DNA from: Tubiluchus corallicola
Taxonomy: Eukaryota > Animalia > Priapulida
Reading direction: 5' to 3'
Length of the DNA: 64,000 bases
NCBI GenBank assembly: GCA_030141605.1
Contig: JAQGDQ010000937.1
Location: 15,052-79,051, forward strand
The notes beneath the pieces were generated by a model. That model was given only the letters and a program-made list of their open reading frames with translations. It was not told the origin of the DNA and searched no databases. Shown here one piece after another: positions 38,975-62,407 of the stretch. The position numbers and the translations under genes are program-made. The stretch's first letter is position 1. Each line of letters starts with the position of its first letter.

Positions 38975-41145
38975 AAGTTTATCAAGCGTCTATACATTAG
39001 CTTCTCAATGATCTTAGACAGTATTGGCAAAACTGAAAGTGGTCGGTAGTTAACAAATAGGTTACGTTCTTAGTTTTTATAAACTGGTGTTACTTTAGCT
39101 ATGTTTAGTCCTTTAGGTACGACACCTGTCAAAAAAGATAATTAAAAAGGTTGGTAAGTGGTTCCGTGATTACATACGGATTTTATAACATCAGCAGTTA
39201 CGCCGTCATAACCAGGACTAACATTAAATTTTAATGACATAATTAGCTTTACGACGTTATGGCTAGTAGCAGCAATGAATATAGATTCAATGATCATGCG
39301 AGGTTGTTAAATAATCACAGTACCTTTTTTGCAAATTGATATACGGAATAGAGTTTGCAATATTGCGCCCAACATTTACAAAAAAAAACTATTGAATTTA
39401 TTCACTAACTCATTTGGATCACTTATTTCAATGCCATTATGTAGGAAGTAAATTTGGCTATTGCCCGTAGGCTTATTTTTATTAATGATCTGTCTTAACA
39501 CTTGCCATGATTTAGATTTGTTGCCCTTGTTTTCTTGAATTTTGGCTTGGTAAACTTTCGTTCGGATAACCTTATTTAGATTTGTAAATTTCTTTTTATA
39601 TTGCTTGTATTCCTTCAATAAATTTTGAGAAGCACATTTTAGGTATTCTTTATACATAACATTTTTTCTTTTAACGCTACTTAACAAACCAGGAGTAATC
39701 CAGGGTTTTCCTAGATTACGAGTTTTACAAGGTTTTAGAGGAAAACACGTTTCATAACATTTTAACAAATTATCTTGAAATGACGTGTAATCAGTCTGGC
39801 CATTATTAGAGTCTAAAATATTGTTCCGCGCAATACTTTGTAACATTCTTTTTAATTTATCTTTATTTACTTTATTAAAAACGCGTCTGTAAAACGACAA
39901 CATACACACTAATTCAGAATTCATATACCCACGGCCATATTAATTAAATCATAGTTTTTGTTTTTTTTTATTTTTTTGTATATGGTTGTAAATATGTTTG
40001 ATTTTATTCGTCATTACTGCACAGTAGTTTAGATTGCACTGACGCATTTGCCTTCAGCAGTGTAAGTTTTTATTAACTAACACTGATTGATTATCTCTAT
40101 AAAGTTTTTATCAGTGATTATCAATGTTTTTAATGGCAAATAAAGATTATTATATATATATATATATATATATATTCTTTTGTTTGTTTACTGCCAACAT
40201 CTGCAATACAGAAAACAGGGAAATGATCAGAGATAGTCGTACATATGATCCCATTATTACTTTGCTCTATACCAAGACAGCTAAAGTCATTCATATTATC
40301 AATGAGAGTTGCAGTGGAGTTAGTAGCTCGAGTTGGTTTGTTTATCAAAGGGAAGTACCCATAAGAATATAGAGTTTCCAATAATTCATGTGTTGGAGTA
40401 TGTTCATTAAATGTTAATAAATCTAAGTTGAAGTCTCCTAGAATGAAACACTTTTTATTCTCGTGTATTATTACTTCTAAAATGCAGTTTAGCTTTTCAT
40501 TAAAATTTTCTATATTTACACCATAACCAGGAGGCCTGTATATAATGCCCGCTAGCACATTTTTACGACTCATAATCGGACTTTTAACTTCGACACACAT
40601 TATCTGACATATTGGCTCGTTGCAATTTCAAACATTTCTAATATCAAAATCTAGGTGGTCCTTTACGTAAATAGATACCCCCCCCCCCCACCACGCTGCC
40701 CAGTATCTCTAGTTTGACTAACGTGATTATAGCCTGGAATTTCGTAAAGCATAGAATTTTCATTTGTTAACCAAGTCTCAGAAAAGCCAAATTCACGATT
40801 AATGCTTTTCATGTAACGTAACAGTTCGTTTATATTGGCTTGAGTACTTCTTATATCTAAATGCAACAGTGATAGGTGGCAGGGACTATTTACTTTGAGA
40901 CCCAAAAGAGCATTGTCATTATAGTAAGGACAGTTTAATGACGCACTGTTGTAACAGTTACTGTCACCATCTACCTCTCTTATTTTATGTTTTAAAGATT
41001 CTTCCATTTCAAAAGGCGAGAATACTAATTCATTGATTTTTTCAATATTAATAAAGTACGAGTCTCTATTAATCGCGATTAAACAAACTTTATCATTATC
41101 TAAATGATTAAAAGCAAATAATTCGTCATTACACGCACATGACAC
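38975..41145 (-). mobile_element. Decayed LINE (CR1/L2-group) ORF2: APE endonuclease and start of RT
   Basis: Motifs LLHLDIRS, FSETWL, GGGG, IIYRPP, ILGDFNLDLL, PTRAT..ATLIDN, ISDHFPVF, KPWIT.GL, GYDGV, AKVTPVYK, NYRPLSVLPILSKIIE across broken ORFs 40663-41145, 40130-40600, 39376-39924 and ~38990-39230. Confidence 0.9.
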
Positions 41146-41272
41146 GCCCAGTTTTCATTTTTCACTGTATTATAATCTGAGATATAGATACGTGTGCAAT
41201 TTTAATGGTGGTTATTGAAGCAGAGGGAGCAAATGAGCAAATAAACAATCGTCCAGTTTTCCTTTAATTTAA

Positions 41273-41512
41273 AGCAAAATTGGTCCCAATCTTAAATTGT
41301 TGCTCAAAACAATCTATTCTTTAAAATATTGAAAGGAAACGTACTATTTTTTTCAAAAATGACTTACGTGAAAGAATTATTACCACACAAATACAATTTC
41401 ACGTTCGCGCCACTAGTTCTTCGCTGTTACGTGCATTTCGCCATTCGCTAGTTAGACGGGCACTAGCAACTGCATTTCGGAAACGGATTGCACAAAAAAC
41501 AGGTGCTATACC
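41273..41512. mobile_element. Truncated Kolobok-like MITE family 2 copy
   Basis: Follows TTAA; clearly similar to 44659-44900. Confidence 0.55.
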
Positions 41513-42589
41513 TAGTTAGACAGACAGTAAGGGCTCAGACTGTCTTGCAAAATTTCTCTTGGATGCATTGTAGATGCTTTCGAAAACATTAATAAAGATC
41601 CTTCTATTAAAGTTGGACTAATGATGGAGCTTCTGGTGAAGTTTTAAACACGAAAACTTCGTTTTGTAACGCATAGATGGCGCTCGTCTAATTATCGTCG
41701 CTTGTTTTTCGTAGATTTGATACTTATTCAAAATTACTACTTATAATTATAAGATTAACTTATTACTAAAAGAAAGATAATCACAAATAATTTGTTGTCA
41801 TTGGAAAATGCTTTTATATTCGTTCATTGTTGCAAGAAAATGAATTTACAATTAAAAACAAGGAGGGTTTGATTAATTACATAAAAAATTTATACTGGAG
41901 GTGAATCTTTAGACTGAACTGATCACTGCCATTACCGTAGCCGTATTTGCAGCACGTGGAGATGGTTCTTTAGGAAAAACTGATAAATGTACAACCGTAA
42001 AGTAATCACGACTTTAAATTGATTTTACTAATTACACGAGATGCTTATCACAACTTTATTGCTGAAACTTTCTAACATTTTAAGATAAGTTCAGCTTGCC
42101 GAGAGACATGGCTTTTACTTTAAATTTAGACCAACTGACAGGTAGTGTGTCGAAACAGAAACACGTATATATTACAGTATAAATTTTATATGAATTCTGA
42201 ACTATGTTTTCCATTACTAAATACCGGTAATGCCTACGAGGTTGAAACCGTGTCAGTATTTTAGGATGTCAAATCAGACGTGATCCTGCAAGCTAAAATC
42301 TTAGTGCGTCTATAACATATAGGTTTATGGCCTTATTTTCGTTGAACATTTTTACAACAGTAAATTACTGAATACCGCTGATGCCTACAGGGAATAGTGT
42401 CAGTATTTTATCAGGTCAAATTATACGTGTTCATACAAGTCAAAATTCAGTATGGTATAGAAAATGTTTACAACCTTTATGAGTTTCTTTTCGTTGGACC
42501 TACATAAAAACGTATCGCAAATTATGTATGATGCAAATTAAGCATAAAACAATGTAAGTGCAATTAAATTTAACTACAAAAAATGCAGT

Positions 42590-43453
42590 GCACCCTCTCA
42601 AGGGAAGAATATATATATAGACACCATCTCAAGGGAAGAATTTACATATATATATAGGCACCCTCTCAAGGGAAGAAAATATATAGGCAACCTCTCAAGG
42701 GAAGAATATATATATAGGCACCATCTAAAGGGAAGAATATATATATATATAGGCACCATCTAAAGGGAAGAATATATATATATATAAGGCACAATCTCAA
42801 GGGAAGAAAATATATATAGGCACCCTCTCAAGGGAAGAAAATATATAGGCAACCTCTCAAGGGAAGAATATATATATAGGCACCATCTAAAGGGAAGAAT
42901 ATATATATATATATAGGCACCATCTCAAGGGAAGAAAAAAAATATATATAGGCACCATCTCAAGGGAAGAAAATATATATAGGCACCATCTAAAGGGAAG
43001 AATATATATATATAAGGCACCATCTCAAGGGAAGAAAATATATATAGGCACCCTCTCAAGGGAAGAATATATATAGGCACCCTCTCAAGGGAAGAATATA
43101 TATAGGCACCCTCTCAAGGGAAGAATATATATAGGCACCATCTCAAGGGAATAATATATATAGACACCATCTCAAGGGAAGAATATATATAGGCACCATC
43201 TCAAGGGAATAATATATATATAGGCACCATCTCAAGGGAAGAATATATATAGGCACCTTCTCAAGGGAAGAATATATATAGGCACCATCTCAAGGGAAGA
43301 ATATATATAGGCACCATCTCAAGGGAAGAATATATATAGGCACCATCTCAAGGGAAGAATATATATAGGCACCATCTCAAGGGAAGAATATATATAGGCA
43401 CCATGTCAAGGGAAGAATATATATAGGCACCCTCTCAAGGGAAGAATATATAT
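42590..43453. repeat. Tandem repeat of ggcacc(a/c)tctcaagggaagaa separated by variable-length (TA)n, ~28 copies
   Basis: Direct. Confidence 0.95.
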
Positions 43454-43835
43454 GTTATAAGTTACATGTTTATTTATTTCAACTCTGCATCTAACAATTA
43501 TAATAAAAATACAGATAATTTCACGGAAGTAAATATAAATATAAATGCAATATTATCCAGAAATTACAAAAGAGATTCTTATGCAGCATATACATGTGCA
43601 AATTACATTACAGAATAATTTTGATGCATACAGTTTGAGCCTAAAAGCATAGCTTGACAGGCCAAACTGTACGTGGAAATCTTAAAAAAGTGATTAATAA
43701 TTGAAATAATGATAAAATATACATAAAATTGGGGAGAGTAGTGAATGAAAGATGAAATGGAGCGAGAACTAAGAAAAACTGTGATCATGTATATATATAT
43801 ATACCTTCTCAAGGGAATTATGGCAATATGGCTAA

Positions 43836-43836
43836 A

Positions 43837-43884
<48 letters not shown>

Positions 43885-44270
43885 AATGATAATGACGACA
43901 ACGATGACGATGACGATGATGACTATATATTTACTTATAGATAAAACAACTCCGACAACAAGAACAACAACAACAACAATGATGATGATGAGGAGGAGGA
44001 GGACGTCAATGACGGCGATGATGATGATGATGATTATATATTTACTTATAGATAAAACAACTCCGACAACAAGAACAAGAACAACAACAACGACGATGAG
44101 GAGGAGGAGGAGGAGGACGTCAATGACGACGACAACGATGATGATGCTGATGATGATGACTATATATTTACTTATAGATAAAACAACTCCGACAATAAGA
44201 ACAACAACAACAACAAGAACAAATACAAGAACAACAACGATGATGATGATGAGGACGACGATGACAATAA
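43836..44270. repeat. Compound trinucleotide repeat with a triplicated core tatatatttacttatagataaaacaactccgacaa
   Basis: Core at ~43924, 44035, 44161. Confidence 0.9.
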
Positions 44271-44658
44271 TATTTTAAACTGGAGTTTAAGTTAACAGCG
44301 ATCGTTTATATACATAAGCTTTATTTCTATACTGGGCATAATACATCACCATTTACAGACACCAGACAGTCAGAATTCTAATATAAAACTAACCTACCCT
44401 TCAGGGAGGTAAACACTTCAGGTAGAGACTAGCTGCCACTAGAAATTACTTTGCCAATGGCTTTTCAGCTTCATTTCTGTTTACACACGTGACTAAGCAT
44501 CATTATTACCCGTGTATTAGTGTGTGTAACATGGGATGTAATGAAAACTGTTAAGATCGGGCTGTCTGTCATTTAAAGGAGAAGACAAGCGAATTTCAAA
44601 GTACAAAACGAAGAACTTGCCCTCCGTTGTTACAATACTTAACGTTAACGCTTTTTAA

Positions 44659-45163
44659 AGGAAAACTAAGCCAAATTATAAACTGCAGGTCAAGACAATC
44701 TACTCTTTAAAATATTGAAAAGGAAACATACTATTTTTCCAAAAATGACTTACGTGAAATAATTATTACCACAAAAACACAATTTCGTGTTCGTGTCACA
44801 AGTTCTTCACAATTACATGCGCATCGCCATTCGCTAGTTAGACGGACACTAGCGCCTGCATTTTTGAAACTCATTGTACAAAGAACAGGTGCTGTACCTC
44901 TCAGTTCAGATGTGTTAGTTGTGACAGTAACACTGTACTTCAATTTTCGCTTATGCAAACACGCTCGTGGAATATTTTTCCTGTTGAAAATTGTTAGTTT
45001 GTGATGTCATCAGTAGTTGGACTCGCCCACCATTAACCATTAATTAACGTTTTGGTCCATTATTTTGTTACCAGAAACGCTTTTGAGTATTAATTGTGTT
45101 TAAAAGTATACTTTTTATTGGGATTAAAAATAGGGAAGTATATGAAAATCATCGTGTCTTCCT
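44659..45163. mobile_element. Kolobok-like MITE family 2
   Basis: TTAA|AGGAAAAC...TCTTCCT|TTAA; body similar to 25590-26177 and 41273-41512 (aaatattgaaa.g.aac.tacta...aatgacttacg). Confidence 0.6.
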
Positions 45164-45762
45164 TTAATTGTAAGATGACTAAAAATTAGCAAGGTGAAAG
45201 AGCAACAGTTGAAAAAGCTCGCCCCACAAACCGAGGTACGTTGCCCATGTAGGAGAAATAAAGATTTTAACTCTATTATTTTCATGATTCTTTTGCATCC
45301 CAAGCAGGTCTGATTTGTACGTAAATGGCACTGTAACAAATACATGACTATCATATGGCCTTATATATCAACAATAAACAACAATAAGCTCTGAAAACTG
45401 AACAATAATAAATAAAAATATGAGAAAATAAATTAACATTAACAAATACTTATTACTATTACTACTGTTGCTGCTGCTGCTGCTGCTACTGTTGGTGCTA
45501 CTGGCTGTATTCATTCGCAATTACTGTTGGCAGTTAATGAAAAAGTGAAAACTGGTGAAAAGGTGGACTAGTTTGTGCGATAGACAGAATATCGATTTTA
45601 TAAGTAGAACAGAAGTAGATTTGTAGTATATACACGTAAAACAGAATGGACCCCAGAGCTTGCCCCGAGGGAACAATTCCTGTTTCGTTTTAAATTGTTT
45701 TATGTCCAGTTTGTTTATGGGCTCCATAGGACGATCATTTGGGTTACTAACCCGAAATTGCC

Positions 45763-45770
45763 TATTTAAA
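45763..45770 (+). promoter_or_regulatory. TATA-like box (TATTTAAA) upstream of pentraxin-like gene
   Basis: About 100 nt upstream of the ATG at 45867; positional inference. Confidence 0.3.
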
Positions 45771-45866
45771 CGCTGCTATGAGACGAAAAGTTCACATACA
45801 TCTGAGCCTCACAGCAATTAACAATAGTTGTTTTAATTATTGTTATTATAGTGATTACAGAGCGCA

Positions 45867-55306
<9,440 letters not shown>

Positions 55307-55702
55307 ACATATGATGGACAGCAGACCATAATCATTGGTAAACAGTAGCCATTCTGGACATGCAGCAATGGAGCAGACTAGCGGGCGAACAAACGCAAAA
55401 AGAGGTGGCACCAAAATCAATCGAACAAACGCAAAAAGAGGTGGCACCAAAATCAATCGAACAAAATGATGAAAGTGACGGCGGTTTTTAACGACTTAAA
55501 TAACACTATTTCTTCTTTTGCATTTGATCTTATCGTAGTTTGATTATACAGGCATACTGTTTTTATATACGAATGACATTATTTATGTAGGTAGAAGCTA
55601 CAACATATACTATTTGTACATACAGTAAAACATGTATAAACATTGTACGTCAATGTTAAATATGTAATTAGAATTAACAAATCGTAATGCAGTTGTGTTA
55701 GC

Positions 55703-56010
55703 TTGTTTAGTAAGAAATTGTAAATGTGAAGAATTTAATGTAACATTTTATTTGATGTACATAATGTAAAGACTTATTTAACATTTTTGTACTTATGTGC
55801 CCTGCAAATAGAGGGCTTATTGTATCATTTTCAATAAAGATTTTTAATAAAAATAAATTGTAATTGTTTAGTAAGAAATTGTAACTGTGAAGAATTTAAT
55901 GTAACATTTTATTTGATGTACATAATGTAAAGATTTATTTAACATCTTTGTACGAATGTGCCCTGCAAATAGAGGGCTTATTGTATCATTTTCAATAAAG
56001 ATTTTTAATA
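55703..56010 (+). repeat. ~160-bp direct duplication in the putative pentraxin 3' UTR, each copy with AATAAA
   Basis: ttgtttagtaagaaattgtaa...ttcaataaagatttttaataa occurs twice. Confidence 0.9.
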
Positions 56011-56706
56011 ATAAAAATAAGAATATTCTTTTACAAATTTTGTCAGACGTTTATTTCTGTTTTTAATAAATAATAATAATCACAGTGGAAAATCTCATAA
56101 AACTTCGTCTGCACGTGAAACACGTAATAGAAAGGTGAAAATAAAACAATCATTTTCCATAAATTAATGAGAAGACAAAATACTTTCATCTTCACATGCG
56201 CTAGAATAAATTTTTACAATTATAAATCAAATTGCATCTTTGAGAACATGTGCTTTCTACTTCCCGCCAAAATCTTTCTTAACACTAACCTAATAATCTT
56301 TTCCCATCGATACGAGAACTATTGCTACTAATTAAGTGCATATGATGTGAGGAGCCGGAAATTGATTCTACATTTTCAATTAAGTTTTACCGACCGGTTT
56401 AAACGGAAGCTGAGTGACCTCGACACCCACTAGGTTCCCTAGAAATCAATTAGACAGCAGTACTGCGACGGGAGTGGGAAGATTATACAAGCGGGTAGCC
56501 TGTGTTAGTAAACAAACATGAACTCTACGCCGACGGTCATCATTTACATGAATGAAAGTCACGTGATATTAACGGAATGCACGACCCGAGCACCTAGGGG
56601 TCACCCATAGAGATTAATCACGAGTAACAACATTTTAGTTTCTAAAACCACTTAAAGAAAACTTTCATTTCAACAAGTTAGGGATAGTCCTTGCTACCGT
56701 GAAAGT

Positions 56707-58096
56707 AACTGCACATGCGCAAACCACCATCACATTTCACAACATGTTAGAACAACCGCACATGCGCAAACCACCATCACGTTTCACAACATGTTAGAGT
56801 AACCGCACATGCGCAAACCACCATCACGTTTCACAACATGTTAGAGTAACCGCACATGCGCAAACCACCATCACATTTCACAACATGTTAGAACAACCGC
56901 ACATGCGCAAACCACCATCACACTTCACAACATGTTAGAACAACCGCACATGCGCAAACCACCATCACGTTTCACAACATGTTAGAACAACCGCACATGC
57001 GCAAACCACCATCACATTTCACAACATGTTAGAACAACCGCACATGCGCAAACCACCATCACACTTCACAACATGTTAGAACAACTGCACATGCGCAAAC
57101 CACCATCACGTTTCACAACATGTTAGAACAACCGCACATGCGCAAACCACCATCACGTTTCACAACATGTTAGAACAACCGCACATGCGCAAACCACCAT
57201 CACATTTCACAACATGTTAGAACAACCGCACATGCGCAAATCACCATCACATTTCACAACATGTTAGAACAACCGCACACGCGCAAACCACCATCACATT
57301 TCACAACATGTTAGAACAACAGCACACGCGCAAATCACCATCACATTTCACAACATGTTAGAACAACCGCACATGCGCAAACCACCATCACATTTCACAA
57401 CATGTTAGAACAACCGCACATGCGCAAATCACCATCACATTTCACAACATGTTAGAACAACCGCACATGCGCAAACCACCATCACACTTCACAACATGTT
57501 AGAACAACCGCACATGCGCAAACCACCATCACGTTTCACAACATGTTAGAACAACCGCACATGCGCAAATCACCATCACATTTCACAACATGTTAGAACA
57601 ACCGCACATGCGCAAATCACCATCACATTTCACAACATGTTAGAACAACCGCACACGCGCAAACCACCATCACATTTCACAACATGTTAGAACAACTGCA
57701 CACGCGCAAATCACCATCACATTTCACAACATGTTAGAACAACCGCACATGCGCAAATCACCATCACATTTCACAACATGTTAGAACAACCGCACACGCG
57801 CAAACCACCATCACATTTCACAACATGTTAGAACAACTGCACACGCGCAAATCACCATCACATTTCACAACATGTTAGAACAACCGCACATGCGCAAATC
57901 ACCATCACATTTCACAACATGTTAGAACAACCGCACATGCGCAAATCACCATCACATTTCACAACATGTTAGAACAACCGCACATGCGCAAATCACCATC
58001 ACATTTCACAACATGTTAGAACAACCGCACATGCGCAAATCACCATCACATTTCACAACATGTTAGAACAACCGCACATGCGCAAATCACCATCAC
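56707..58096. repeat. 47-bp minisatellite, ~29 copies
   Basis: Unit aaccgcacatgcgcaaa(c/t)caccatcacatttcacaacatgttagaac. Confidence 0.97.
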
Positions 58097-58364
58097 CGGA
58101 CAAACACCGGGTATAAATACAATCACGGATAAGGTTCAATTATTTTGTACAAAAAGATTTATTTAAAACTATAAATTGTTCATCACAAATAAAATCGAAT
58201 TTTGCCACTGAAACAAAAATGTCGCACACACGTGGAACAAGAAAAATGGCGCACGCCCACACTCCAAAAACACAATATGCAAAATCTTCGTGACATAGTT
58301 TTACACCGGGGGACCCTAAATCGCGCAGTCGGGCCCATTGCGCTACTAGCCCACACACAAAGCA

Positions 58365-59030
58365 CTTCCTCTTAATGCATACATGATTTACCAAGTACAA
58401 GTTGTTATCTCTACATAAGTTAATTAGTTTTCTCCTATGTTCATTGCGCGTTCCATGGGGATTGTGTGCGTAGTAGTAGTATGATCCATCTTTTTTTAGA
58501 TCCGCCATGCAACCTAAACGGCTATTAAAGTCACCAATGATAAAAACCGCTTGTCAATTATCAAGGGCTTCAATACATTTACAATTCATATCAACATTTG
58601 ACTGCATGTCAATGAAAGGAGAATCAGCAATGCCACCAATCCATACATCAGGAGCTCCTCTCTGCTTCCAACCTTTCCACAAAGTTTTGCTGACAGCACA
58701 CAATATCCTTTAAATCACCTACAGCTGCTCTAAGTGTTTTGTACCCTGCCTCTACTCGCTTCACATCCACCTCAACTTTTGACACATTAGCATTAATAGG
58801 TTGGATTGTTTCACTAATCTTCTCATCAATTCTCCTCTCGAATTCGCAGAATGTTTTGTCAATTATTTACCACAATAATGATTTAAATTGCGCAACTTTT
58901 AAACTGCTATTCAGCCTATCGTCTGCTAAGTCTGTTTCTTCCATTTCAAGCTGGTTGCTAGTGGAAGTGGAGTTTCTACCTTGGGACCGAGACGCTGGAT
59001 CCTCCACATCCTCAGAGCGGTTTTGTGTTT
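58365..59030 (-). mobile_element. Decayed non-LTR retrotransposon endonuclease fragment (with possible upstream ORF1 remnant)
   Basis: VFIIGDFNSRLG (~58510-58547) and RNEHRRKLINLCRDNNLYLVN are APE motifs. Confidence 0.65.
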
Positions 59031-59786
59031 TAATACGCACTTATCACACAAGTCTGGTCTACATGCTGTATCAAGGTACTTCTCATGGCAATAAAAGCGC
59101 TGCCCTTTATTTAGGTTGTCTATTGTCTTGTAAGTCCAATTACCTCCACAGAACTAGTTTATCTGTCAAATCCCGCCAAATGTCAACCCATCATTATTTT
59201 CTCATTTTCTTACAAATGAACTGAGTACCAGTATGTAAAAATACCTTACCGTAGTATATTCGACAAAATTATCCGAGCCAATGTGGCCATGCAGGGTTGA
59301 TGACAGCTGACCCCGGTTAAGTGGTGTGGAGTGTTGCGCTGGGTGTCGTTGATTTGTGCTCAAAATTCTTTTGCGGGGTTTGGCTTGTCATTTGGCTTAT
59401 TGACTCATTAGGCTGACGGTAATGCGTTAAAAAGGTTGTGATGCAAATGAGTCGAGTGGGTAATGTGCACTACTTTCATATTCCAGAATCAAAATTAGTT
59501 TACTACATATAAGAAGTAACGTTTATTCTGCTTGTGCATTTCTTTGGCGTACAATATGCGTTTGGAAGTCTGGGATGTTTACCTGGCATTGACTCCAATG
59601 TGTAAAACAGCTTAGTCTGTTTAAAATAAGCAAGGAGTTCAAATAAACAGGTGAGTTCATTGTTTTATTGATATCCTAAAAGCTTTTATAGTAATTAAAA
59701 ATACACGCATAACTGAGTGGCAAGAATGAGATATACTAGTCGATTTTAAAATAATTATGGGATTGCATAATATAATATCACAAAAG

Positions 59787-60050
59787 TATGTCAAACAGTT
59801 CACTTAGTAGCACCATTTTCTTCTTATACACGTGTTATTATGTCAAACAGTTCACTTAGTAGCACCATTTCCTTCTTATACACGTGTTATTATGTCAAAC
59901 AGTTCACTTAGAATCACCATTTCCTTCTTATACACGTGTTATTATGTCAAACAGTTCACTTAGTATCACCATTTCCTTCTTATACAGGTGTTATTATGTC
60001 AAACAGTTCACTTAGTATCACCATTTCCTTCTTATACAGGTGTTATTATG
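59787..60050. repeat. 52-bp tandem repeat x5
   Basis: Unit tatgtcaaacagttcacttagtagcaccatttccttcttatacacgtgttat. Confidence 0.95.
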
Positions 60051-60861
60051 TTTCATGCTTTACAAACTGAATACGCCTCATCACACACTTGTATTATCCA
60101 GTGTTTCAAGCTTTACAAACTGAATACGCCCCATCACACACTGGTATTATCCAGTGTTTCAAGGTTTACAAACTGAATACGCCCCATCACACACTGGTAT
60201 TATCCAGTGTTTCATGCTTTACAAACTGAATACGCCCCATCACACACTGGTATTATCCAGTGTTTCAAGGTTTACAAACTGAACACGCCCCATCACACAC
60301 TGGTATTATCCAGTGTTTCAAGCTTTACAAACTGAATACGCCTCATCACACACTGGTATTCCAGTGTTTCATGCTTTACAAACTGAATACGCCTCATCAC
60401 ACACTGGTATTATCCAGTGTCTTAAGCTTTACAAACTGAATACGCCCCATCACACACTGGTATTATCCAGTGTTTCATGCTTTACAAACTGAATACGCCT
60501 CATCACACACTTGTATTATCCAGTGTTTCAAGCTTTACAAACTGAATACGCCCCATCACACACTGGTATTATCCAGTGTTTCAAGCTTTACAAACTGAAT
60601 ACGACCCATCACGCACTGGTATTATCCAGTGTTTCATGCTTTACAAACTGAATACGACCCATCACACACTTGTATTATCCAGTGTTTCAAGCTTTACAAA
60701 CTGAATACGACCCATCACACACTGGTATTATCCAGTGTTTCATGCTTTACAAACTGAATACGCCCCATCACACACTCGTATTATCCAGTGTTTCATGCTT
60801 TACAAACTGAATACGCCCCATCACACACTCGTATTATCCAGTGTTTCATGCTTTACAAACT
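60050..60861. repeat. 53-bp minisatellite x15 with internal hairpin
   Basis: Unit gtttcatgctttacaaactgaatacgccccatcacACACTGGtattatCCAGT(GT). Confidence 0.95.
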
Positions 60862-61112
60862 AACCTAGACCAATTATAATATATTAGTTTTATTCCCACA
60901 AACCGTCACTTATGGGTTGGATACTTCTTGCACAGAGCAGTTGTGAAGTGATAATAATCAATTTAATAAAATACTCGCGAAAGTTTAAATTTGCTATTAA
61001 ATCGTTTAATTGATGCAAAAAAGCAAACCTTAGATTACAAATTATTCAGCAAAACTGGCCCAGTAAGTGGCGACTAACCCTGTCTTAATGCAGCCTACCT
61101 CATTATACTGTA

Positions 61113-61580
61113 TGTGCTGTAGAAACAATGAGTTCGTACAGTGCTGTAGAAACAATGAGTTCGTACAGTGCTGTTGAAACAATGAGTTCGTACAGTGCTG
61201 TTGAAACAATGAGTTCGTACAGTGCTGTAGAAACAATGAGTTCGTACAGTGCAGTAGAAACAATGAGTTCGTACAGTGCTGTAGAAACAATGAGTTCGTA
61301 CAGTGCAGTAGAAACAATGAGTTCGTACAGTGCAGTAGAAGCATATGAGTTCGTACAGTGCTGTAGAAACAATGAGTTAGTACAGTGCAGTAGAAACAAC
61401 GAGTTAGCACAGTGCTGTAGAAACAATGAGTTAGTACAGTGCAGTAGAAACAATGAGTTAGTACAGTGCAGTCGAAACAACGAGTTAGCACAGTGCTGTA
61501 GAAACAATGAGTTAGTACAGTGCAGTAGAAACAATGAGTTAGTACAGTGCAGTCGAAACAATGAGTTACTACAGTGCAGT
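61113..61580. repeat. 27-bp minisatellite x17
   Basis: Unit gtgc(t/a)gtagaaacaatgagtt(c/a)gtaca. Confidence 0.95.
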
Positions 61581-62407
61581 TTGATGCAGATTTACTACGA
61601 TGGTTTGATGACATATCTCGGTCAAGAGGATAGCGTGCTGGAATTTAATGTTGTCCACGGGAGGTATGAAGGTACTCATACCTCATGGGTGAAGTAATAA
61701 TTTTACGATTTTTGGACTGTGGTAAGAGTTGCGACAGCTGGAAACTTTAAATTTGTGCACAACTTTAGATACCCTAATACCCTAATTATTTATTTTCATG
61801 TTTTAAATGCTATTATATTACTATTTTCAAGTTGTTCCAATTTTGCTTCGCCACTGCTGGACTGGAAGTGTAAAAGCAGTCGGCAATTTCACTTTGCCAA
61901 ATTTTATACATTTTGAAGGTAACAATTTTACGCTAATCGTGATTAGACTTTTTCTTAATTTCTGAAGTTTAGTTATGTCAAGTATTAAGTACGTCATTCA
62001 TGGAAAATACGCGAAACATGGCGTTCTCCATGGTAATGTACACATTCGACATTTATCGGATTATTTTGTAGAAAGTGGACTAGAAATTCTTTTTAATCAT
62101 AATAATACGGTAAAAAAATTCAGTGTCTGTTGGGGTTGTATAGGCCTTTAACTGTCGTGCAGCAGAAGTGCTTCTGAAGTACTTGTGAAGTATTTGTGTA
62201 AAATTTGCTGACTATGTAAAAATACACAAATAAACTTCGTCTAACACTTTTTTCTACACAAAACACTAAACAGTCTAACATTGTCTTCCTTTAGTGGGGA
62301 ACGGTTTATGAAATATTTTTTTTAAGTTTGCACACCAGACAATCTGACATTAATGTTACAGGTTACTTTTCAAATTTTAGTTAACAATAATACTTTTGTT
62401 ATTGCAG

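Noticed and set aside
42590-43453. CRISPR-like repeat-spacer look
   Set aside because: Spacers are only (TA)n, there are no unique spacers or cas genes, and the context is eukaryotic
43745-44278. Poly-Met/Thr ORF
   Set aside because: Trinucleotide microsatellite translation
58300-58352. tRNA-like 5' end GGGCTAGTAGCGCAATGG on minus strand
   Set aside because: A-box only; no B-box or cloverleaf, at most a decayed SINE head
61042-61697. In-frame 9-aa repeat ORFs (27-bp unit)
   Set aside because: Open in several frames on both strands; no splice link to the DUF1647-like exon could be supported
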